Assembly (NCBI GenBank): GCA_049693615.1
Contig: JBAVQB010000034.1
Coordinates: 31,322-95,321 of the forward strand
Origin: Candidatus Acidiferrales bacterium
GTDB lineage: Bacteria; Acidobacteriota; Terriglobia; Acidiferrales; UBA7541
Direction of reading: 5' to 3'
Length of the DNA: 64,000 nucleotides
Shown: positions 8,747 to 18,958 of the stretch, in pieces
How the letters are laid out: every line of letters starts with the position of its first letter
Numbering within the stretch: the first letter of the stretch is position 1
Translations under genes and position numbers: made by a program
Notes under the pieces: generated by a model
Told to the model about the DNA's origin: nothing
Database searches by the model: none
Seen by the model: the letters and a program-made list of their open reading frames with translations, nothing else

Positions 8747-10879
8747 CTACTTAATTGTTCCCGCCACGCACACATCAATCGGGCCGAATCCAGCACTAAA
8801 TGGAGATGTGGAAAGCACTTTCAGCGCCCCGCTGGTAGCGTTGATGGTGTAACCTTCCACAGATTCCGAGTCTGCGAAGTACAAAAATTTTCCCGAAGGA
8901 TCAACGCCTACCCCACGGCTGGGTCCGGTTGCGGAAAACGGGGAGCCCGCAAGCTTGGTGAGTCCGCCGGTGGTGTTGTCGATTGCGTAGCCATCCACGG
9001 TGCTGTCGTTATTCGTCATGTACACGAAACGGCCCGCCACATCGGTAGTGATAGACCAGGGCGCGCTGCCGCCGGCGATGGGCGTACCCACCAGAGTCAA
9101 TGCGCCAGTGCTGGCATTGATGCTGTAGGTAGAGGCGCCGCCGGTTCCAAAGGCCTGGCCATTCGCCACGTAAACATATCTGCCGGTCGGATCGACGGTA
9201 ACCCAGCTGGGTTCGCTTGTTCCGGACGGCGGCAGAAATGGAGAACCTTTCACCACCGCCAGCTTGCCGGTGGTGGGAGCGATGGTGAACACGGTGATTC
9301 CGGCGGTATCCGCGCAACATGCTTCCGCCACCATCAGGAAGCGTCCGGTGGGATCGACGGCGACGGAATCTGGCGCCACTGTATCCGCGGCTGCGAACGG
9401 GGATCCTGCAATCAAGGTAAGCTTGCCGGTGGCGGCAGCGATGGAATACGCGTAAACACCGTTCGTATCGATGGCCCCCGCAAACACGAACCGGTTGCTG
9501 GGATCCACGGCAACGGAATACGGGCTGTCCCCGTTTGCGATTGTGCCAACGGATGTGAGCGCTCCGGTTTTTGTGTCCAGGGTGTATTCGCCGATCGTAT
9601 TGCTGCCGTCGCTATTCGCGGTGTAAACAAATTCTTCATTGGACGACACGGCGATTGCGCGAGGAGACCCGGAACCAAAGGGCGAGCCCGTTACCGCCTT
9701 GAGCGCTCCGGAAGTAGCGTTCACCGAAAGCACGGAAACGCCGCCTTCAAAATCAGCGGCGAAGGCAAAATTCGGTGTGTAGGTAATGTCAGTGGTCCCG
9801 GAGCTGACTACGATCGACGAGGGACTCTCGCGCGCTCGAAATGGGCCTGGCACCAGCTCGGTTAGCGCGCCGGTGGTAGCGTTGAGCGAGAAACTCGAGA
9901 CATCATCCGAAGTGGCATTCCCGGTGAACACAAATTTCCCGCTGGGATCGACGGTGACGGCCGCGGGCGCGGTTCCGGCTTTTACTGGCGAGCCGGACAC
10001 CGCGGTTAGTGCTCCGGTCGTGGCATTTATGGTGAACTCGGAGACATTGTCCGATGTTGAGTTCGCCACATAGAGAAATTTCGAAAGAGAATTCCCCGTT
10101 ACCGCCGAAGGTTTTGTTCCTGCTGTGAAGGGCGACCCGGTAATGGCCTTGAGCGCGCCGGTGCTGGTGTCCAGGGTAAAACCGGAAACATTATCCGAGC
10201 CATTATTGGCCACATAGACGAAATTCCCCGAAGGAGCGATGAATAATCCCACCGGCGTTGTTCCGGCGGAAAAAGGCGAGTCCGACACGGCGGTAAGCGC
10301 GCCATCGGTTGCGATGGTGAACGCGGAAATATTGTCCGAGCCGCTATTGGCCACGAACAGAAACTTGCCGGAGGGATCGACACGCAGCGCAGCCGGACTG
10401 GTCCCCGCGGTGAATGGCGATCCAGTAACCGCGCTCAGCACTCCGGTGCTCTCGATGGTGAATGCGGAAACGTCTCCGGAAGTTTTGTTCGTTACGTACA
10501 GAAATTTCCCGGCAGGATCGGTGGCCACAGCAGAAGGTCCGGTCTTCGCCTTAAATGGCGAGCCTGCAACTGCGGTAAGTGTGCCGTTTACGGTGTTTAC
10601 GGAAAATGCAGACACGTTGGCGGAACCGGAGTTGGCCACGTACAGAAATTCGCCGTTCGGCGTCACGGTTACTCCCACGGGCTTGGTGCCCACCAGTACA
10701 TAGCCGTGGCTGCGTAACAATCCGCTGGTGGCGTTTACCGTGTAGATCGAGACGGTGTTGTCTTTCTCATTGGCGACGAACGCAAATCGTGGGGTGGTGG
10801 TGCCAAAAGCACTTGGGATAAGCGACAAAACGCACGCGAGGGCAACAAATACTACGGAACTTTGCCGGTGGATTCGCAT
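8747..10879 (-). CDS. Secreted lactonase-type (YVTN-like) beta-propeller repeat protein, about two 7-bladed propellers long
   Basis: 710 aa with a signal peptide (VVFVALACVLSLIPSAFG). About 14-15 iterations of the blade motif F(L/V)YV(A/T)N..S..VS.F.I...TGALT.V.GSPF.AG..P are present. Confidence 0.8.
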   Translation of the reverse strand: MRIHRQSSVVFVALACVLSLIPSAFGTTTPRFAFVANEKDNTVSIYTVNATSGLLRSHGYVLVGTKPVGVTVTPNGEFLYVANSGSANVSAFSVNTVNGTLTAVAGSPFKAKTGPSAVATDPAGKFLYVTNKTSGDVSAFTIESTGVLSAVTGSPFTAGTSPAALRVDPSGKFLFVANSGSDNISAFTIATDGALTAVSDSPFSAGTTPVGLFIAPSGNFVYVANNGSDNVSGFTLDTSTGALKAITGSPFTAGTKPSAVTGNSLSKFLYVANSTSDNVSEFTINATTGALTAVSGSPVKAGTAPAAVTVDPSGKFVFTGNATSDDVSSFSLNATTGALTELVPGPFRARESPSSIVVSSGTTDITYTPNFAFAADFEGGVSVLSVNATSGALKAVTGSPFGSGSPRAIAVSSNEEFVYTANSDGSNTIGEYTLDTKTGALTSVGTIANGDSPYSVAVDPSNRFVFAGAIDTNGVYAYSIAAATGKLTLIAGSPFAAADTVAPDSVAVDPTGRFLMVAEACCADTAGITVFTIAPTTGKLAVVKGSPFLPPSGTSEPSWVTVDPTGRYVYVANGQAFGTGGASTYSINASTGALTLVGTPIAGGSAPWSITTDVAGRFVYMTNNDSTVDGYAIDNTTGGLTKLAGSPFSATGPSRGVGVDPSGKFLYFADSESVEGYTINATSGALKVLSTSPFSAGFGPIDVCVAGTIK

Positions 10880-11030
10880 CGGGGGACCTCCTGTTGGCGG
10901 CAGTATACTCCTGCTCGGCAGCTTTGGGGGCCGACGGAACTCTGGGAGCGCTTGGGGCTAGGCCCACGCTCTCTGTGCGCTTCTCACCCTTGCGAACACG
11001 GCTTGAGCGGCGAAAGGAATACCGGAAGAA

Positions 11031-11825
11031 CTAAAGATTTGATCGCGCGCGGATGGCCCAGGCGCGGGCGGGCATTTCGACTGCGCCCTGCGGATTTGCC
11101 GGCAGCGTTGCGCGCAATCGTTCGCGGATCGCGGCTTGAGTCTTTTCATCGCGCGTGGCCAAGTAGGTTGGCGCGGAGCCTTGGCCTGTCAGCAGCGGCT
11201 CCCAATAATCGTCGAAGCTGGCAAAGCGCGTCACCACCTCAAGCGGATGCTCCGATAAATTTTCCAGCTTCGCCCCTTGGAACAGCGCGCGCAGTCCTTC
11301 CTGCGTACACATTGGAAAACGCTGCGCCTGATCGAAGGTGACGGCTTCGCTGTCCACTGCCATCGCTGCATCCCAGAAATGGCGCAGGAACATCGCGCCG
11401 CCGGCGTAGTCCCAAACGTAAACTGCGATCGTTCCGCCGGGACCGACCACGCGTCGCAATTCCCCGAGCGCTCGCGCCGGACTCGGAATGAAATTCAATC
11501 CCAAGCCGCACACTGCCACATCGAAGCTCTCGTCCGGAAAACGCAGCGCCATCGCATCGCCGGTCTCGAAGCTGACGTTTGATTGCCCGCGATGCTCGCG
11601 AGCGAACTCTATCTGGGCGCTGGACGCGTCCACTCCCACCACGCTGTGCGGATGGGCGCGTTCAACAATCGTCTCGGTGACCACGCCGCTTCCGCAGCAC
11701 ACATCCAGCCATTGGAGACCGGCGGGCAAATCCAGCCAGTTAAGAAATTCGTGCGCCAGCAGACGGCTCCAGCGACCCATCCAGCGGTCGTAGTGCGCCC
11801 CTGAAGTCCATCGGTCCACGCCCAT
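11031..11825 (-). CDS. Class I SAM-dependent methyltransferase
   Basis: Motif I is WLDVCCGSGVVTE, followed by VGVDASSAQIEFA, an acidic post-I residue and DVAVCGLGLNFIP. Confidence 0.8.
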   Translation of the reverse strand: MGVDRWTSGAHYDRWMGRWSRLLAHEFLNWLDLPAGLQWLDVCCGSGVVTETIVERAHPHSVVGVDASSAQIEFAREHRGQSNVSFETGDAMALRFPDESFDVAVCGLGLNFIPSPARALGELRRVVGPGGTIAVYVWDYAGGAMFLRHFWDAAMAVDSEAVTFDQAQRFPMCTQEGLRALFQGAKLENLSEHPLEVVTRFASFDDYWEPLLTGQGSAPTYLATRDEKTQAAIRERLRATLPANPQGAVEMPARAWAIRARSNL

Positions 11826-12231
11826 CGATTAAGATTATTGCAGAATGGCACCGTGGTTTTCGACATCTTGCGCTATGAGATGAACGAAGGTTGACAGAGC
11901 GGCTCTTAAGTCGCCCTGCCCTTTTATTTAGCTGTAATCCGCTTTCAAAGAAGACTACGTCGGGTTGCTCATCTCATCGAACCCCATCCGCGTTTATCCG
12001 CGAAGGAATCAACATGCCATGTCAGATGGAAGTAACCGCCTAGCGAGCGAACTATCCCGTGCGCCAGCTGCTGATCGGCAGCCTTGCGGACGAGTGTATT
12101 CCCCGCCATTTTCAATACAAGATTATTTTTTGAGACCTTGGCTCGGAACGCGCGTCAAACCCAAACGATAGTTCTCGTGTCACGCAAGTTCCTGTAACAT
12201 GCGCCGATCAGACTAAAAGGAGGAATCGCCC

Positions 12232-12852
12232 ATGAAGCGAACGAAGATATACCTGACTACGAACCGGCTCAACAGATTCGGAAGTATTCGTTTTCTTGCA
12301 GCACTGATTTTTGCCGCGGCTATCGCGGCCGTGCCTGTGCGTTCGCAGGACATGCCCAAACAGGGCGCAGGGCCAAAACCTGTTCCGAGCGCGTCCGAGG
12401 CCGTGCTGGAACAGTGGAACGACATCGGCCGCAAACTGATCGCCATGGCCGAAGATTTCCCCGAGGACAAATACGACTACAAGCCAGCGCCCACCGTCGG
12501 GACATTCTCACAACGGCTCATCCACGCCGCTCACGCGAACGAGTTTTTCATCAACGCCGTGACCGGCCAGCCGATGCCGGCGATGGCCGATCCAAAGCGC
12601 GAGCAGTTCAAAACCAAAGCCGAAGTGGTGGCCTACGTGAAGAAGTCCTTCGCCGACGGCGCCGCCGCGATCAAGGCGAAAGGCGACAAAGGCATGTCCG
12701 ATACCGTTGTCGATCCCTTTGCGAATGAAAAAACCCGCATCAGCGATTTCGCCTACGGCTTCGTGGAGCATTCCGGAGAAATCTACGGCCAGCTATCGGT
12801 CTATTACCGCGTGGCAGGCATGGTGCCGCCAGAATCGCGCCCAAAGAAGTAG
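12232..12852 (+). CDS. DinB-family protein with signal peptide
   Basis: AAAGGAGG SD upstream. Matching segments are EQWNDIGRKLIAMAEDFPEDKYDYKP, HAAHANEF and HSGEIYGQLSVYYRVAGMVPPESR. This is the DinB_2-type four-helix pattern with conserved His residues. It is a paralogue of 18959..19531. Confidence 0.7.
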   Translation: MKRTKIYLTTNRLNRFGSIRFLAALIFAAAIAAVPVRSQDMPKQGAGPKPVPSASEAVLEQWNDIGRKLIAMAEDFPEDKYDYKPAPTVGTFSQRLIHAAHANEFFINAVTGQPMPAMADPKREQFKTKAEVVAYVKKSFADGAAAIKAKGDKGMSDTVVDPFANEKTRISDFAYGFVEHSGEIYGQLSVYYRVAGMVPPESRPKK

Positions 12853-12904
12853 CGCGTCAGAACATCTAGTGGCGGCTGCCCCAACACGTAGGTGGCGGGC
12901 GCTG

Positions 12905-13501
12905 CTAATCCTGTTCAACAATTGTTTGAGCGTACGTTTTGCCGTAGGGATAGAAGAGGTCTTTGCGGCCTTGTTGCCACGCGGCTTTTAATTCGGGTGT
13001 GGTGATGTCCCAGTCCGGGCGGCACTTTTTGGCGACGGCGCGCAGGTCCTGGCGAAGTTCTTCGACAGTGGGCCGGCCGAGAAACCAGTATCCATTGTAA
13101 ATCTTATAAATCACCAGGCCGGGTTCGAGGACAATCGCGTGGGGGATCATGGGATTGTTCGCGGTATCCGTGTACTCCGCGATGTCGAGATCTTTTTGGA
13201 CGATGCGCCCCGCGTCGGAGAGGAATGGCCAGTGCGCGCCGACTCCCGTGCGAAATTCATTCGTGGCAGTGATATTGTCCGTGCTAATCGTCACCAGCCG
13301 GCAATACGAAACCTCGAGCTCGCGATGGAGTTGAACGAGCCCTTCAGCCTGCCGGCGATCCTTGGGACAGAAACCTCCGCGGCTCAGGACGAGAACCATG
13401 GGATGTTGTCCTTGCAACTCGGAGAGCTTGCGGCGTTTCGCGGTGTGGTCGGAAAGCTCGTAATCGGGAAAGATTGCGCCGGGGACGATGTCAGTTCGCA
13501 T
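12905..13501 (-). CDS. AhpC/TSA (redoxin) family thioredoxin-fold protein
   Basis: FPDYELSDHT..KLSELQGQHPMVLVLSRGGFCPKDRRQ..LVTISTD is the typical peroxiredoxin-like layout with a single FCP Cys. Confidence 0.7.
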   Translation of the reverse strand: MRTDIVPGAIFPDYELSDHTAKRRKLSELQGQHPMVLVLSRGGFCPKDRRQAEGLVQLHRELEVSYCRLVTISTDNITATNEFRTGVGAHWPFLSDAGRIVQKDLDIAEYTDTANNPMIPHAIVLEPGLVIYKIYNGYWFLGRPTVEELRQDLRAVAKKCRPDWDITTPELKAAWQQGRKDLFYPYGKTYAQTIVEQD

Positions 13502-13642
13502 TTGATCTCCTTAAAGTTTGGATATTGATTGCTTCAGGATTGGATGCGCGTTGGCGGATTACGCCGCATGGCAGGCAGCCTGGAATTGGCAGCCAAGCGT
13601 CGCAATGCCGCAAGCGCCCGAGTCATCTATATATGTCTGCCG

Positions 13643-14629
13643 CTACTTTAAAAAGTCGCGGACGATGAAGGCGATTTCATCTGCCGCGGTGTCCAGCGCG
13701 AAATGTCCGCCATCGACGATGTGAATTTCGGCCTTGGGCACGTCGCGACGATAGGATTCCGGCTCCGACGGATCGAACGAGGACTCGTACTTGCCCCAAA
13801 TCACCAGCAGGTGTGGCTGCTTCTCGCGCATCCAGGCATCCCACTTGGGATAATTTTCCACGTTTGTGCGGTAGTCGTAGAAAAGGTCGCTTTGAATGTC
13901 GATCTGGCCGGGCTGGTTGAGAAAATAATATTCATCGGTCCACAAATCCGGGTCGTGACGTTCTACGTTGGGATCGTCACCCACGTGGCGCGCACGCGTG
14001 GTCGCCAGCGAGAGCAGATTCACGCGCAACGCGCTTTCGTTCGCGGCGCGGTCAGCCCAGTATGCACGTCGCGTCTTCCAATTTGCTCCCAGGCCGCTGT
14101 CATGTGCCACCGCGTCCTGAACGACCAGCGATTCCACGCGCTCGGGATGCGCCAGGATCATGCGGAAACCTACCGGGCCGCCGTAATCCTGCATGTAGAG
14201 CGAGTAATGCGATAGTCCGAGCGCTTCGGTGAAATGATTCATGACCTCGGCGATGCGATCGAATGTGTAGGCGAATTTTTTGGGGTCGGGCCAGTCGCTG
14301 TGTCCGAAGCCGGGATAATCCGGCGCCACCATGTGATAACGATCGGAAAGCCGCGCAAAGAGCGGCTCAAACATTCGCGACGAGGATGGAAGTCCGTGCA
14401 GCAGCAACAGCGTGGGCGCATCTTTCGGCCCCGCTTCTCGATAAAATATCGAGAGCCCGTCGACCTGCACCGTGCGACAAAGCGTTGCGTGTTCCCTGCT
14501 GCGTTCTCCGCGATGTTCCATGGGACGCTCCTTTCCTCGCGCCAGCGCCGGCAATATTAATGTTGCAAGCATCGCACAAATCACCGACATTACGCGCGCG
14601 ACCCGCAAGGATGTTTTCGCTCGCCTCAT
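13643..14629 (-). CDS. Alpha/beta hydrolase (epoxide hydrolase / haloalkane dehalogenase-like), secreted
   Basis: PTLLLLHGLPSSSRMFEPLFARLSDRYHMVAPDYPGFGHS is followed by MQDYGGPVGF (Asp nucleophile elbow type) and a C-terminal GGHFAL. It is a paralogue of 37699..38604. Confidence 0.8.
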   Translation of the reverse strand: MRRAKTSLRVARVMSVICAMLATLILPALARGKERPMEHRGERSREHATLCRTVQVDGLSIFYREAGPKDAPTLLLLHGLPSSSRMFEPLFARLSDRYHMVAPDYPGFGHSDWPDPKKFAYTFDRIAEVMNHFTEALGLSHYSLYMQDYGGPVGFRMILAHPERVESLVVQDAVAHDSGLGANWKTRRAYWADRAANESALRVNLLSLATTRARHVGDDPNVERHDPDLWTDEYYFLNQPGQIDIQSDLFYDYRTNVENYPKWDAWMREKQPHLLVIWGKYESSFDPSEPESYRRDVPKAEIHIVDGGHFALDTAADEIAFIVRDFLK

Positions 14630-14725
14630 AGTTCCTTCCTTTCGCGGATTAGAGTCAACTTGGGCCGGTCGGGTGGGCGGCCACGAGTCTTCGAAAAGGT
14701 GCGCCAGCGTCCAGCCATCAGATTT

Positions 14726-15058
14726 CTAGCTGAGGCGGCGAAAGGGTGGGAAAGCATCGTCGTCGGTTGGGGAGTTCGCGTCAGAAGTTTCGTCGGCCTG
14801 CACTGGTGACGCGAGCACATCACGAGCCGCGGCTGCGTCATCTTCGCGTACCAGGATTTTAAATCCCGCGCCGGACCACGCAAGGTGTTCGCGCATTCGT
14901 CCTGCCGTGTCACCTTGAATCATGGCCTGAATGCCGGCTTCTTGCAGCACACCCTTGGCTAGGTCCGCCTCGAATTGGGTGCCGAACGACTGAACCACAA
15001 CAAGCTTGGTATCGCAGGGTGCAGTGTCTTCTTCTTTTTTTTGATCCCGAGGCTCCAT
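14726..15058 (-). CDS. DUF2007-like small protein (putative signal-transducing fold)
   Basis: VVVQSFGTQFEADLAKGVLQEAGIQAMIQGD...GFKILVREDDAAAARDVL matches the beta-alpha-beta pattern of DUF2007. It lies 12 nt downstream of the TonB_C-like gene. Confidence 0.5.
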   Translation of the reverse strand: MEPRDQKKEEDTAPCDTKLVVVQSFGTQFEADLAKGVLQEAGIQAMIQGDTAGRMREHLAWSGAGFKILVREDDAAAARDVLASPVQADETSDANSPTDDDAFPPFRRLS

Positions 15059-15070
15059 AAGCTCTGCCGA

Positions 15071-15640
15071 TTAACTCGCGGGAGCGGGTCTGGATTTCTC
15101 CGCTGGCTTCTGGGGAGGGATGTTGAAGTAGAAGGCAAATTTCAGTTCAAGGTTGGAGCCGCTGTACCCTTCGGGGAGAGGCCCGAAGGGCGCTGCTGCA
15201 CGAATCGTGCTAATGCTCGCGGCGTCCATGTCATCCCTGCCCGAGCCGCGCGTGATTGTCGCGGCGTCATCGGGTAAAGATCCGTCTTTTTGTAGCCGGA
15301 CCTGAAGAACCACGATTCCTTTTTGTCCATTCTTGACCGATTCAGGCAACTTCGCAGAGAGGTTGCGCATGATTGAATCGTGCATGGCACGCATGTAGGG
15401 GGCAAAATCTACGCCTTTAAGGTCGCTCAGAATACTGGTACTGACGCCGACCCCGGTTATAGGCTTGGTAACCTGCGCCTGTTGCGCGCTCGCGTCTGAC
15501 AAAGCCGAGGCGATTCCTGAAAGTAGAAGCGCCGCAGCAGCAAGAAAAATAAATAGAACGTTGCCTTTCACAGTTCGAGCTCGCGACACAGAGACCTCCT
15601 TGCGCGGGGAATCGGTGCCCGCAACTATACTGCAAAGCAA
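15071..15640 (-). CDS. TonB C-terminal-domain-like membrane-anchored protein
   Basis: An N-terminal TM (NVLFIFLAAAALLLSGIASAL) is followed by GIVVLQVRLQKDGSL..ITRGSGRDDMDAASISTIRAAAPFGPLP, which resembles the TonB_C fold signature. Confidence 0.5.
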   Translation of the reverse strand: MLCSIVAGTDSPRKEVSVSRARTVKGNVLFIFLAAAALLLSGIASALSDASAQQAQVTKPITGVGVSTSILSDLKGVDFAPYMRAMHDSIMRNLSAKLPESVKNGQKGIVVLQVRLQKDGSLPDDAATITRGSGRDDMDAASISTIRAAAPFGPLPEGYSGSNLELKFAFYFNIPPQKPAEKSRPAPAS

Positions 15641-15790
15641 CTATTTATTTCTAGCGGCGTAGAGATTTCCGGCGCTGCGGTGTTTGAGGGTGCGCGGTTT
15701 GGCGGTGTTGATTACTCAAGCGCTGGTCCGGCGACTAGGCTCGTCATAACGGAGCTTGGGCGTGATAGAGTTTTGGGACGGAGGCACGCG

Positions 15791-16183
15791 ATGAAGTTTC
15801 TGCGATATTTACTGGCGGTGCTGATCTTTAGCTGCTGTTTGGCGCAGGTCACAATGGGACAGCAAACGTGGAGGGTCAGGGTTGACGCGAGAGATCCGGA
15901 CCGTGGGCTGCTGATCCAAAAACTCAATGAGCACGGGGCGGATCACCATATCAAGTTTGAATTTGTGAACCAAAACTTCGATTATCGAATCGCCTACGGG
16001 ACAGGCGGTTTCACTCCGTATGGCTATGCGCCAGCCAGTGCAGCAGTGACGAAGGTGTTTGACGCTAACGGTGCTGAACTTTTTGAGTTCAATCGCCAGG
16101 GACGCAAAACAGATGAGGGCGCCGCGAATGCCACGGCGAAGGAAATTATCAAAAGGCTCCTGAAGTTGCGCCCCGCCGGGTAG
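15791..16183 (+). CDS. Hypothetical secreted protein
   Basis: ORF 15680..16183. The internal ATG 15791 gives MKFLRYLLAVLIFSCCLAQVTMG, which is signal-like. Confidence 0.5.
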   Translation: MKFLRYLLAVLIFSCCLAQVTMGQQTWRVRVDARDPDRGLLIQKLNEHGADHHIKFEFVNQNFDYRIAYGTGGFTPYGYAPASAAVTKVFDANGAELFEFNRQGRKTDEGAANATAKEIIKRLLKLRPAG

Positions 16184-16393
16184 CGTTGGTTCGCTGCCGG
16201 TTATGATTTCGATGATGCCAATGGTGGTGTCCGATTACCGCTGACGATTGCGATTCCCGATGAGCCAGTATCCCTGTGCGAATCACGGCGGAATTGTGCT
16301 GGCGCGGGATCTAAACCCGCAGCCTTCTGGAAAACGAAGACTGCGGCACCCTCAAGGTCGAGGCATGGCGTAACGGAGTTTTGGTGCAGTACG

Positions 16394-16410
16394 AAAAGGG
16401 TGTGCCACCC
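16394..16410 (-). terminator. Small intrinsic terminator after the M55 peptidase gene
   Basis: The minus strand reads GGGTG-GCA-CACCC followed by TTTTCG, starting 12 nt after the stop at 16423. Confidence 0.45.
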
Positions 16411-16422
16411 GTCTGCCGATTT

Positions 16423-17328
16423 CTACTCGCGGGAAGTGGCCGAGATTACGTTCACGACGGTGAGCAAGCGGGAGGCTTCCGTCATATTGCGAACTGTGAA
16501 TCGCACGGTGTAGCCGTCAACGCGCGTTGCGCTTGGCAGGTAGCTCACAAGATCGGCTTGCGTCACGTTATTGAAACGCCATTCCAGAACAATCGGCGTA
16601 ACGGGCGCAACCGGGTGAAAGTCGGCTCTTCGGTGAATGCCGCGTAGTACTGCATCATGAATGGCAAGCGTGACGGTTGCCGGCGCCTTCATAATTCCAG
16701 CATTAAAACCTAAAGATTCTTTGGTGGTGACCGTCTCGATGGGGCCGATATTGGCTCTTGCGTCGGCGACCGCTTGGTCGTCACCCGAGAGAAAGACGAC
16801 GGGCACATGAAGTTCGGCGGCTACAGCCGCGTTGAAAGCGCCCTCGGACACTGACTTGCCGTTGAGGCGAAGCTCCATGCTGCCGGTGAAAGTGTGCGCG
16901 AGGATCGCATTCGGAGTGCCTTCCGGCGCGTGGTACCCGATGAAGACGACTGCTGCCGTATCGGCGGTAAGTCCCTGCATCATGCCGAGCGGTCGAGGCC
17001 ACCCACGGACGAGATAGCAACGCGGATCAAGCGCCTCGGGATCGAGATTCGCGAAATCACCATGCGAGTCGGCCACGGTAACTTCCGTGGCGCCGGCATC
17101 AAACGCGGCGCTGACAGCGGCGTTCACTTCATTGGTCATCAGGCGGCGCATCTGCGCGTAGTCGCGAGATGCGGGTTGCGAGTCGATTTTCCAGTTGGTG
17201 ACGTCGGCGACGCCTTCCATGTCCGCCGAAATCAAAACTTTCAGCGGCGCTTGCTGCGCATTTGCGCACAGACAACAAAAAATGAGGAAGATGACAGTAA
17301 GCGTGAGTCGTGATTTCACGCCGAGCAT
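16423..17328 (-). CDS. M55 family metallopeptidase (D-aminopeptidase DppA-like), with signal peptide
   Basis: LISADMEGVADV, VADSHGD, FIGYHAPEG and ILAHTFTG match the DppA/M55 metal-binding blocks. Confidence 0.75.
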   Translation of the reverse strand: MLGVKSRLTLTVIFLIFCCLCANAQQAPLKVLISADMEGVADVTNWKIDSQPASRDYAQMRRLMTNEVNAAVSAAFDAGATEVTVADSHGDFANLDPEALDPRCYLVRGWPRPLGMMQGLTADTAAVVFIGYHAPEGTPNAILAHTFTGSMELRLNGKSVSEGAFNAAVAAELHVPVVFLSGDDQAVADARANIGPIETVTTKESLGFNAGIMKAPATVTLAIHDAVLRGIHRRADFHPVAPVTPIVLEWRFNNVTQADLVSYLPSATRVDGYTVRFTVRNMTEASRLLTVVNVISATSRE

Positions 17329-17526
17329 TATAAGTTAGACTGGCTTGCCGACGAAATGAGTGGCCCGCGCATCCCGCGCTTGGTTTCACGGGCCACAATT
17401 CGAATGAGTGGCTGATGCGCTTGAGGCATTGCGGGTCTGAATGACGCCGATTCTCGGTGATCCGATTTATCGGGAGTTGACCGATCTGACGCCTCTTCGA
17501 CCCTCCGCGCCCACAAGGTTCACCCC

Positions 17527-18318
17527 TTGGTGTCTAATAAAGTTGTGAGTTCACCTACAAAACATCGCCTCCGTACCGAATATATTCTTGCCGGTTGCAC
17601 CATAGCGCTACTCATTCTTGTTGCAGGAATTTACTTCGGCCCACAAACGCTCTCGTATTGGAGGTTGCGGGCTGCCGTGATGCGGCCTTGCGACCGACCA
17701 CCGCGCGGATGGTGTTCCGTACCTCGGCCTCTTGAGTTCACCTCAACCTCAACTGCGTCGGGTTCAGTCCTGTCTCATTACGGTTATAGATTCGAGGTTC
17801 CCTGGAAGGACCAGGACAAGGAATTAGACGACGGTCGGGGGATCGAAATCGGGTTCAAAACTGGACAGTCTGTAAGATTCGTTAATCCAGCCTTGTTCCA
17901 ATACAACCCAATCAGCGGCCATCTCTCCGTGGGTCTTAAAGAAACATTCGGGCCTCTCACCAGTGAATCGAAATACCAACAATTTAAGGAGGTCGTCTCG
18001 GCGACCCCATCCCAGTGGTCACCATTTCGTTCCCGAAAAGAATTCGTACGTTTCCAAGGTCTGTTAGAACTTAAGGGGCTGTGGTTTGAACACAATGTCG
18101 CTGCGCCCGATATCTACTCATTCGAAACTAACGGCTTCCAAGGCTTTGAAATCAGCGGACTATCGGATGATTGGCAAGACGTCGGGTTGAATCTGTTCGA
18201 TTCGAGCGGCCGTTGGTTCCGAATCAGTATCTTTGGCAACGCTCGGTCTGGTGTTCGGCTTACGCAACCGGAAATCAACCGCATAATCCAGTCCTTCGAG
18301 GCCGTAACTTCAAAATAG
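17527..18318 (+). CDS. Hypothetical membrane-anchored protein
   Basis: 263-aa ORF with one N-terminal TM (YILAGCTIALLILVAGIYFG). The start is non-ATG and no family was recognised. Confidence 0.45.
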   Translation: MVSNKVVSSPTKHRLRTEYILAGCTIALLILVAGIYFGPQTLSYWRLRAAVMRPCDRPPRGWCSVPRPLEFTSTSTASGSVLSHYGYRFEVPWKDQDKELDDGRGIEIGFKTGQSVRFVNPALFQYNPISGHLSVGLKETFGPLTSESKYQQFKEVVSATPSQWSPFRSRKEFVRFQGLLELKGLWFEHNVAAPDIYSFETNGFQGFEISGLSDDWQDVGLNLFDSSGRWFRISIFGNARSGVRLTQPEINRIIQSFEAVTSK

Positions 18319-18427
18319 CCCGAACTTTGCGGAGATGATTTACGTCAGATGGTGTAGCGTCGAGCTGTTGGGATCACCCGTCCAATCGAGACTTGCACGA
18401 GGCTGAGATATAAATCGATCAAAAATC

Positions 18428-18889
18428 ATGAAGCCTAGTCTAGACATAAGTGCAGCGATCCGCAGGATAGCGCTGCTCTTGACCGTCGGAGCGTGCGTTT
18501 TAGGAGTGGGCTGCGGAACGGCGGCAATCTGGAAGGCCGAAGTCGGATCCCCGGATGGCTCATGGATTGCCAGCGTTGAGACTGATCAGACCGGCGGTTT
18601 TGGAACGGCCAGCATTCTAACCAGCGTGTACCTGAAGCAAAACAATCGCTCGGCCCCACCGACGCAGATTTTAGGGTTTTCCTGCCAAGGCCCGGCTCCG
18701 CGGCCGTACGTCTTGGATCCGGCCAATGCCGGTGGGACTATAAATCTTACCCTGAAGTGGGTAACGTCATCCCACCTAGAAGTGACATATGACGATCACC
18801 CAGATCTTTATTTCCAAGTAGTCAAATTCCAGGGCATAGACATCTCCGCGCGAGATCTTTCCGGTGAAACGACCAAAACTTCAAAATAG
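18428..18889 (+). CDS. Hypothetical lipoprotein
   Basis: Signal with lipobox-like LGVGC (IALLLTVGACVLGVGCG). No family was recognised. Confidence 0.5.
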   Translation: MKPSLDISAAIRRIALLLTVGACVLGVGCGTAAIWKAEVGSPDGSWIASVETDQTGGFGTASILTSVYLKQNNRSAPPTQILGFSCQGPAPRPYVLDPANAGGTINLTLKWVTSSHLEVTYDDHPDLYFQVVKFQGIDISARDLSGETTKTSK

Positions 18890-18958
18890 GAATGGCCACC
18901 ACCATTCGCACCCCCCCATTTCTGCCTGATTAGCGCGTTAGCTCACCTGTGGTAGTTG

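Noticed and set aside
8729-9865. 378-aa + strand ORF
   Set aside because: It is antisense to the well-supported beta-propeller repeat gene. The sequence is Gly/Arg/Ala-rich and non-protein-like.
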